Virus record (IMG/VR): IMGVR_UViG_3300017991_000058
Direction: 5' to 3' (one strand)
DNA: 20,000 bases
From: an uncultured virus (IMG/VR IMGVR_UViG_3300017991_000058)
Taxonomy: Duplodnaviria; Heunggongvirae; Uroviricota; Caudoviricetes
Part shown: positions 8,598 to 15,044 of the stretch, in pieces
Position numbering within the stretch: the stretch's first letter is position 1
Layout of the letters: every line of letters begins with the position of its first letter
Position numbers and translations under genes: made by a program
Notes under the pieces: generated by a model
What the model was told of the DNA's origin: nothing
Seen by the model: the letters and a program-made list of their open reading frames with translations, nothing else
Database searches by the model: none

Positions 8598-10865
8598 CTA
8601 CGCGGTCGCGGCCGCGATCTCCTCCTCGAGCTCCCGCGTGTCCTGGGAGAACCGGAGGATGATGTACTCGGCCGGCTTCTGCGTCGCCAGGCCGATCCTG
8701 GCGATGAGCTTCCCGGCGAAGACGCTGCTCGCCGGGTTCAGCCCCTCGCCTACGTCGACGAAGAAGCTGTTCGACGGGGAGTCGCCCCTGAACGCCCCGT
8801 TCCGGAACTGGATGAGCAGGAACGCCGTCAGGGCGCGGTCGACACGGGCGCGGAGGTTGGCGTCGTTGTTCGAGTGGCGCGCGAACTCGGTGCCGAGCCT
8901 CGCGGACACCTCGATGTAGATGACGCCCCGCCGCTCGGCGACGCTCGGGAAGTTCCCGTTGCCCTTGAGCGTCCGGCTCCCGTCAATGAACAGCGGGAGC
9001 CCGGGGCCCGTCGTCAGCGGGTTGATCCGCTTCGGGTAGACGAGGTCTCGGCAGCTCTCCTGCTTGACGTCGTCGTTCTCGAACCCGACGACGCCTCTCA
9101 GGATGCCCCTCTCGACGCCGGCGGGCTGGAGGTAGACACCCCCCTCCCTGGAGCCGTCCGTCCGCGCGAAGACGCCGGCGATGTGGCCGCTCGGCGGGAC
9201 GACGATCGTGTCGTCAGTCCCGAACACCGCCTCGGACGGGTTCAGGACCTTCACCTGCGGCCAGTAGATCGCCCCGTACTCGGAGAGGTTGAGCAGCGAC
9301 GCGGTGGTCTCGACGTAGGTGATGATCCCCGTCTTCGACTGCCCCGCGGGGGGGTCGAGAACCGCGAAGACCGTGCCGTCGCGGGTGTCCTCGCAGTAGG
9401 TGATCATTCCGTTGTGGACGGCGTTCGTCGGGCGGTCCGGGATGGCGAGGAGCGCCAAGTCGAGCGACTGGTCGAGGACGCGGAGCCCCGTCGGGCCGGC
9501 CGAGGAGCCGAGGAAGTCGTTGTCGTCGATGGAGGCGAGCCCGTCGTTCCCGCCGGCCAGCGGCCCGTGGGTGACGGGACTGTAGGTCGGGGAGGTGTCG
9601 CCGCCGCTCGGGCGCCGCTGCTCGGCGGTCCCGGCGGCGCCGAGGTCCTCTGCCTCGATGAAGTGCGAGCCCGTGTCCTCGTCGTTGACGATCGTCTCGA
9701 CGTACCTGTCGGCCGTCGTGTCCATCGTCAGGTTCGGGTAGACCTCGACGACGATCCCGCTGTCGAGAACGGTCAGGTTGAACTCCGAGGCGACGAGCGA
9801 CGTCGCGCGGCTGATCTTGATGGTCAGGTCGTGGGCGTAGGTCCCGGGATACTTCCCGAGGATCTTGAGGGTGTCGACGGCGGCGCCGCTCGTTCCAGAG
9901 TGCGTCGCGTTGTCGAGCCCCATCTCGTCGTCGGCCGTCGACGACGCGTCGACCTGGACGAAGTACGACGCCCCGGCCGTGTCGCGGGTGATCCTGATCT
10001 GGCCGCTCTCGTCCGAGACCGTGACTCCGGACGCGGCGGCCTCGACGATCGTCTTCACCTCGGCGGCCGTAACGACGTCAATGTCCGCGACGTTCCCCGT
10101 CCCGGTGTCGCTCTGCCCGTTGAACCCGAGCGTGGAGACGGCAGTTCCGGCGAACCCGTCGAGATCGGAGTCCGTCCCGAGCGTGTCCGACGTGATGACG
10201 ACGGCCCCGGCGGACACGGTTGCCGAGACGCCGGTCGCCTTGGCGTTGATGACGGCCGCGACCTCCGCGGCCGTCGCAGCCCCGATCGCGACGAACTCTG
10301 CGGTGAGGAACGTCACCGTCTGGGGAGAGCCGTTGTCGACCTCCAGGATGAGCGTCTGGCTGTCGGCGAGAGCGAAGGTCTCGGTCTGGCTCCCCGTGAC
10401 GGAGGCCGCCGTCGCGCTGAACGTCGCCGTGTCCGGTCCGCCGAGGTCCGTCGTGATCAGCAGGGTGTCGCCGTTCGCGAGCTCGAACGGAGCGGCGATG
10501 CTCCCGAGGACGGACCCCTGGGTTGCCCCTCCGGCCGTGGTCTGGATCGTCACCTCGGCCGTCGCGGACGTCGCCGTCGATGGCGTGTCGACGTCCGTGT
10601 AGTGGACGGTTCGGACGAAGTCGAGGACCTGTCCGCCGTTGTCGAAGAACCCCTGCACGGCGTGGTAGGCGTCGCCGTCGGCGATCGCTCCGCCGTAGAT
10701 GTCGACCCACTCGTCGAAGCTCGTCGTCCTCGTGAGCTCCCCGACGGGCCCCTTCTCCGTGACGCCGATCATTCCAAAGACGTTCGTCGGAACGCCGAGG
10801 ATTTGGCGAACCCGCGGCTCCTCCTCGGTGACGACGACCTTCGAGGCCAGCAGCTCCTTGCTCAT
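8598..10865 (-). CDS. Contractile tail sheath protein with inserted domains (755 aa)
   Basis: MIGVTEKGPVG..T..TSFDEW...YG; YGAIYWPQV; VPPSGHIAGVFARTD; PAG; INPL; IDGSRTL; RRGVIYIE; GLATQKPAEYIILRF. ATG 10865 overlaps the upstream TGA; GGAGGT SD. Confidence 0.97.
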   Translation of the reverse strand: MSKELLASKVVVTEEEPRVRQILGVPTNVFGMIGVTEKGPVGELTRTTSFDEWVDIYGGAIADGDAYHAVQGFFDNGGQVLDFVRTVHYTDVDTPSTATSATAEVTIQTTAGGATQGSVLGSIAAPFELANGDTLLITTDLGGPDTATFSATAASVTGSQTETFALADSQTLILEVDNGSPQTVTFLTAEFVAIGAATAAEVAAVINAKATGVSATVSAGAVVITSDTLGTDSDLDGFAGTAVSTLGFNGQSDTGTGNVADIDVVTAAEVKTIVEAAASGVTVSDESGQIRITRDTAGASYFVQVDASSTADDEMGLDNATHSGTSGAAVDTLKILGKYPGTYAHDLTIKISRATSLVASEFNLTVLDSGIVVEVYPNLTMDTTADRYVETIVNDEDTGSHFIEAEDLGAAGTAEQRRPSGGDTSPTYSPVTHGPLAGGNDGLASIDDNDFLGSSAGPTGLRVLDQSLDLALLAIPDRPTNAVHNGMITYCEDTRDGTVFAVLDPPAGQSKTGIITYVETTASLLNLSEYGAIYWPQVKVLNPSEAVFGTDDTIVVPPSGHIAGVFARTDGSREGGVYLQPAGVERGILRGVVGFENDDVKQESCRDLVYPKRINPLTTGPGLPLFIDGSRTLKGNGNFPSVAERRGVIYIEVSARLGTEFARHSNNDANLRARVDRALTAFLLIQFRNGAFRGDSPSNSFFVDVGEGLNPASSVFAGKLIARIGLATQKPAEYIILRFSQDTRELEEEIAAATA

Positions 10866-11245
10866 CACTCACCTCCCGCCTTGCTCGCCGCCTGCTTGTG
10901 GTGGCTGTCCGCGTCGGACTTCGCCTTCGCCTTGGGCTTGGGCTTGGCCTTGGGCGGCGCCGTCTCTACGGTGAGCTTCACGGCTCCCGCGGCCCGGAGC
11001 CTCCGGACGTCCGGCACCGCGGCGATCGCGTCGGGCAGCCCCGTGACGGACTCGCCGCGCAGCAGCGTGATCACGCCGGCGCAGCCCTTCCGGGTCTCGC
11101 GCATCCCGCGAGACCCGGTCCGCGGATTGTGGTCGCTCGCCCGCACAACGACTCGCCGATACCCGAACCGCTTGTGCCAGAAGGCGGGGTGGTCGAGCGA
11201 GATGATCTGCCGTCGCCTCGACACGTTTTCGATCGTCGTCGCCAT
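10865..11245 (-). CDS. Small basic hypothetical protein preceding the sheath (126 aa)
   Basis: ATG 11245 in a TGATG overlap with a GGAGG SD; its own stop overlaps the sheath start; Lys/Pro/Ala tail. Confidence 0.8.
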   Translation of the reverse strand: MATTIENVSRRRQIISLDHPAFWHKRFGYRRVVVRASDHNPRTGSRGMRETRKGCAGVITLLRGESVTGLPDAIAAVPDVRRLRAAGAVKLTVETAPPKAKPKPKAKAKSDADSHHKQAASKAGGE

Positions 11246-12510
11246 CAGCAATCCCCTCCCGGGCTCGGTCCCACGTCGTAGGACGCGCCCGTCTGAGCCG
11301 TCGTTATATCGATGCCGTCCTCGTCGACCGGAGCGACTATCCGGCGGCCGAGCTCGCCGTCGAAACCGGCCAGGTCCTCGATGTCGAACCCGCGGATCAC
11401 GACAGTCCCGCTGAACGTCCTGACGTTCGACAGGTTCGCTACGCCGGTCGTGTCGAAGTCCCCGTTCGGGACGAAGTCGTGCTCGTATCTCACCCGCCCC
11501 TGAGAGGGGTCGTCCGGGTCCCGGTCCAGGTAGATGTACGGGTTGTTGTTGACGAACTGAGTCGCGAGAACCTGGAGGTTCGTCGCCTCGCCCTTGTGGT
11601 CCGACACTCCGGTCACGACGAATGACAGGTCGACCGTGTAGGGAACCCTACGGACGACTATGTCGCCGCTCGGCAGCTCCACCGTGATCGTCCCGTTCTC
11701 GCTGAAGAACCGGTTCTCGGAGATGTCCGGACCGTCGACGGCGATGCCGGGAAGATCGGCGACGGCGGTGATGTTCAGCTCGTCTCCGGTCTCGTCGTCG
11801 TACTCCGTGTGAGTCGTCGTCGAGACGTTCGGGATGACCTGCTTCCGCCACTGGATGATGTACTCGCGGACGAGCCGCGTCAGGTGGGCCGCGTCGGCGA
11901 GCTGGACCCGGGAGAAGGCGTATCCGTCCGAGACGGTGACCGTCTCTCCGGAGATCGGGTCCCCGTCGTCGTCGACGTTCCTCACCGTCACGTCGACCTT
12001 TCCCTCGCCGTACGCCCGCGTGTAGGCGCGGGCTCCGGACGTCGGGCCCTCCGCCGAGACCGCGCCGGACGTCTCCAGCGTCAGGACGGTCGCCGTCATG
12101 GACGCGACGGAGTGGTCGGTGTTGTTAGCGTCCTCGTCCGCCTGCTCCACAGTGACGGTCTGGCCCGACCTGAACCCGTCGTCGCGCCAGCTCCCGGCGC
12201 TCCTCACGATCGTGTCGGGGGTCCCCGGAACGAACGTCAAGTCGGGGTCGCCGAGCATCCTGACGATCTCCCCGGAGATCGGCGAGACGGGAGTCAGGGC
12301 CGCCAGCCTGTTCGTCCGCAGCACCTGGACGTCCGTCGCGGGTTCGTCGTCGAACAGAATCTCGACGCTGGCGGGCGCCGCAGCCGTCACCCCAGACGGG
12401 TTCACCGACTCGGTGGGGAGTCGAAACCCGTCCCCGTACACCTCTACTAGGGCGCGACCGGACGTCGGCCCGCGGGCTGGGACGATGTTGGTGACCACCG
12501 GGACGGACAT
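11245..12510 (-). CDS. IPT/TIG-domain protein with putative C-terminal tail terminator/completion domain (421 aa)
   Basis: PVVTNIVPARGPTSGRALVEVYGDGF...VEILFDDEPA.DVQV...LAALTP is the IPT/TIG pattern; C-terminal LPGIAVDGP...PYTVDLSFVVTGVSD and position before the sheath fit a terminator. Start placed at ATG 12510 rather than TTG 12549. Confidence 0.72.
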   Translation of the reverse strand: MSVPVVTNIVPARGPTSGRALVEVYGDGFRLPTESVNPSGVTAAAPASVEILFDDEPATDVQVLRTNRLAALTPVSPISGEIVRMLGDPDLTFVPGTPDTIVRSAGSWRDDGFRSGQTVTVEQADEDANNTDHSVASMTATVLTLETSGAVSAEGPTSGARAYTRAYGEGKVDVTVRNVDDDGDPISGETVTVSDGYAFSRVQLADAAHLTRLVREYIIQWRKQVIPNVSTTTHTEYDDETGDELNITAVADLPGIAVDGPDISENRFFSENGTITVELPSGDIVVRRVPYTVDLSFVVTGVSDHKGEATNLQVLATQFVNNNPYIYLDRDPDDPSQGRVRYEHDFVPNGDFDTTGVANLSNVRTFSGTVVIRGFDIEDLAGFDGELGRRIVAPVDEDGIDITTAQTGASYDVGPSPGGDC

Positions 12511-12519
12511 GCTGGCGCC

Positions 12520-12549
12520 AGCATACCTGAGGATCGCCCCGAGACTCAA
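12520..12549 (-). promoter_or_regulatory. Candidate sigma70-type promoter TTGAGT-N18-TATGCT overlapping a 16-bp palindrome
   Basis: -35 at 12549-12544, -10 at 12525-12520, 9 nt before ATG 12510; no SD. Confidence 0.5.
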
Positions 12550-12560
12550 GGTCGTAGGCG

Positions 12561-13235
12561 TCAGGACGCCGTGCCGAAGGCGCCGCCCGTCGCGATTGAG
12601 ACGTCGCGCAGAATCCTGCGCTCGGCCCCCCTCCGCCTCCTATCGAACACGGGTTCGAGAAACGGACGGGGTCGGATGCGGATTACCAGCACGGCCCCCG
12701 GCCGAAACAACGGGATCGCCCCTCCGGACCGCTTCGTCCCGCCGACAGGCTTCGTGCCCGACGAGCGGCGGCGGGACAGGCTCCCCGTAACTGACCTCAG
12801 CATCGAGAAGAAGTACCGGTGCATCGCGGGCGTCACCCTGATGACGATGACCTTCCCTCGCTCGTGGACGGCGGCGATCGAGACGATCGACGCGCCCCCT
12901 CTCCCGCCTCGCCGTCGAGCCCCGCGCGACACCCCCCCGAAGTACTCCATCGATCGGACGCGGCGGACCCTTACGGAGTTGATCAGGTCTGCGTGGTCTA
13001 TCAAGGGCTTGTTCGACCGCTTCCGCCCGACGGTCAGGGGTCGGTTCGGGGTGAGCCGCTGTCCGCCTGGGGCACCCCGCCTGACCCCCTGCTTGACGTC
13101 CCGCACGTAGCGCTCCGCCTCGGCCCTGACGGCGCGGTCGAACGCGCAACGGAGAGCCCTACCGTCGCGATGACTGCGGAGGATCTGTCTGGCCCTCTCC
13201 CAATCGCCGACGAGCCTTACGCGAACGCCGTTCAC
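12561..13235 (-). CDS. Neck / virion morphogenesis protein (Mu gpG / HK97 gp10-like, 224 aa)
   Basis: KPLIDHADLINSV, SIAAVHERG, IRIRPRPFLEP motifs; very basic; GTGA overlap with the upstream gene. Confidence 0.85.
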   Translation of the reverse strand: MNGVRVRLVGDWERARQILRSHRDGRALRCAFDRAVRAEAERYVRDVKQGVRRGAPGGQRLTPNRPLTVGRKRSNKPLIDHADLINSVRVRRVRSMEYFGGVSRGARRRGGRGGASIVSIAAVHERGKVIVIRVTPAMHRYFFSMLRSVTGSLSRRRSSGTKPVGGTKRSGGAIPLFRPGAVLVIRIRPRPFLEPVFDRRRRGAERRILRDVSIATGGAFGTAS

Positions 13236-13750
13236 GACGTCGACCGCTCTCGCGACTCGAACATCAGCAGGAGCAGATTGCGGCGCGCCCCGACGAAGAA
13301 AGACCTCGGCTGCGGCTCGACGCAGAAGAGACCGGGGGGGTTCGGGATGCGCTGTATCAGCTCTCCGGTCGGCCTGTAGATCGCGTCCAGCCTGTCGCTC
13401 TTCCGGAGCATGGGGAGCCCGTCGTCGTCCAGAAGTCCCTCCCGCTCGAGCTCGCGGAAGTGAAGGACCAACCTGACCATCGACCTAGGGGACTGCCCCG
13501 TCGTCATCATCTGCATGGCGTCGAAGGCGTCGTCCTCGATCTGGGCGCTAAGACGGACGACGCTCTCCACCCGACGAATGCTACCCCTAGCCGAGCTGTC
13601 GTCGTCCGCCGGCGGGACCATAACCGGCTCGCGGAACACGTCGTCGTACCCGAGCCCGTGGGGCCCAGCCCCGTCGGGGTCGTCGGCCGTCGCGTCGGTG
13701 TCCAACCTGGCGATGTCGACGCGGAACGGGAATATCAGCCGGCCTCTCAC
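13232..13750 (-). CDS. Putative head closure / head-tail joining protein (172 aa)
   Basis: GYDDVFREPV, VRLSAQIE, LVLHFRELE..GL, LRKSDRL; lies between adaptor and neck genes. Function rests mainly on synteny. Confidence 0.65.
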   Translation of the reverse strand: MRGRLIFPFRVDIARLDTDATADDPDGAGPHGLGYDDVFREPVMVPPADDDSSARGSIRRVESVVRLSAQIEDDAFDAMQMMTTGQSPRSMVRLVLHFRELEREGLLDDDGLPMLRKSDRLDAIYRPTGELIQRIPNPPGLFCVEPQPRSFFVGARRNLLLLMFESRERSTS

Positions 13751-13765
13751 GTGCGCCTAGGGGGC

Positions 13766-13924
13766 CTATCGCCGCCCGCCTCCCTTGCCACGGCCTCCGC
13801 CACGCCCACCGCCCGGCCCGCCGCCGGAGCAGCCGCCTGTGTTCTTCCCCCGGCCGCCCCCACCGGCCTGCCCCTTCCCTCCGCCGCGCCCGTCTCTCGG
13901 CGGGCTCGCAGGTCGCTTCGCCAT
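13766..13924 (-). CDS. Gly/Arg-rich (RGG) basic microprotein, 52 aa, not in the ORF track
   Basis: AGGAGG (13936-13931), 6-nt spacer, ATG 13924, TAG ending 13766. MAKRPASPPRDGRGGGKGQAGGGGRGKNTGGCSGGGPGGGRGGGRGKGGGRR fills the gap without overlap. Confidence 0.8.
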   Translation of the reverse strand: MAKRPASPPRDGRGGGKGQAGGGGRGKNTGGCSGGGPGGGRGGGRGKGGGRR

Positions 13925-13943
13925 GGTCGTCCTCCTGTCGAGG

Positions 13944-13952
13944 AGAGTAGCA
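13944..13952 (-). promoter_or_regulatory. Candidate extended -10 promoter TGcTACTCT
   Basis: Directly after the adaptor stop and 7 nt upstream of the microprotein's AGGAGG. Confidence 0.45.
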
Positions 13953-13954
13953 CG

Positions 13955-15034
13955 CTAGACGGCGCGGATCTTTATGGGACGTCTGAACCGCGCGAGGATC
14001 GCGTCGATCTCAGGATCGCCGGTGTACGCGCCGACGACGGCCCGCCCCCCGGACGTCGCGGAGACGCCCCCGAGCTTGATGGTCTGGTCTCGCGTCTTGT
14101 ACTCCGTAACGCGCCAGCGGGCTCGGGCGTCCTCCCGGTCGTCTCCGTCGACGAGGAGCGGGAGCTCCCGCATCGCCATCAGCTTGCAGGCGTGGGCGAT
14201 GAGCTCCGGGACCTTCCCGGTCGCCGTCCCGTCGTACTCCGTGTACCCGAACTGGCCCGTGATCTGGACGTTGCGCTGCCCGCGCGGGAAGTTCCGGAAG
14301 CCTAGCCTGGCCTCGAGAGACCCCTCTATCGGCTGGAGGAGCTCGATCCGGGGGTTCTCCCTGTCGTCCGGCTGGGTGAGGTTCTCCGACAGGTGCCTGT
14401 TGTAGACGATCAGCTCGGTGTCGACGTCTACCTCGATGTCCTCGACGAGCAGCTCCGTCACGTCGATGATCGGCTGGTCGAGATGTAGGGACTTGACCCC
14501 CAACCCGTCGAGCGTGAACGTGAGGGACCGCGGCTCGAACCACCGCTTTGTGTACATGTCGATCAGCCGGGACGCCGTGGCGATAGCGGACTCGACGCGG
14601 GTGTCGTCGTGCATCGCCTCGGTGACCCCCTCGTCTCGGATGTCTTGGATCGTGCAGTAGCCCGGAGGACTGACCATCGACGCCTGGAGCGTGACGACGA
14701 ACTCCTGGCAGAACTGCTGCTCGGCGTGGGCAACTGTCAGCCGCCAGAACCAGTGGATCTCGTAGGCGCCGACGAGCGCGTCTACGGGGACGTCCCACTC
14801 CGCGACGTAGTGGCCGGTGCCGATCTTGTGGCCCGTCGGGCAGAGATTGTCGACGTCGACCGTGGCTCGCCCCGTCGGGGGGTAGACCTGCGTCAGGTTC
14901 GGAGGGTCGCTGACCCGCTCGTAGATGACGTACTCGGCGGAGTAGATGTCCGTCAGGACGGACCCGATCCGGACGTACGCGTCCAGGACGGGGTTGCTGC
15001 AGTTGCTGCTCTCTTCCCGCTCGAGCGCCGGCAT
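13955..15034 (-). CDS. Head-tail adaptor (HK97 gp6 / SPP1 gp15-like) with an extra N-terminal beta domain (359 aa)
   Basis: GYCTIQDIR...RVESAIATASRLIDMYTKRWF...VQITGQFGY...VPELIAHACKLMA...EIDAILARFRR; GAGGAGG SD. Confidence 0.85.
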   Translation of the reverse strand: MPALEREESSNCSNPVLDAYVRIGSVLTDIYSAEYVIYERVSDPPNLTQVYPPTGRATVDVDNLCPTGHKIGTGHYVAEWDVPVDALVGAYEIHWFWRLTVAHAEQQFCQEFVVTLQASMVSPPGYCTIQDIRDEGVTEAMHDDTRVESAIATASRLIDMYTKRWFEPRSLTFTLDGLGVKSLHLDQPIIDVTELLVEDIEVDVDTELIVYNRHLSENLTQPDDRENPRIELLQPIEGSLEARLGFRNFPRGQRNVQITGQFGYTEYDGTATGKVPELIAHACKLMAMRELPLLVDGDDREDARARWRVTEYKTRDQTIKLGGVSATSGGRAVVGAYTGDPEIDAILARFRRPIKIRAV

Positions 15035-15044
15035 CGAGACCTCC

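Noticed and set aside
1400..10865. Stand-alone eCIS, tailocin or T6SS locus
   Set aside because: Adaptor, closure and neck genes plus a TP901 tape measure point to a head-bearing phage; no Afp15-like ATPase or T6SS membrane genes in the window. Not fully excluded without the flanks.
13747..13953. Listed 68-aa ORF in the adaptor-closure gap
   Set aside because: No SD; the alternative-frame 52-aa ORF at 13766..13924 has a perfect AGGAGG and an ATG start.
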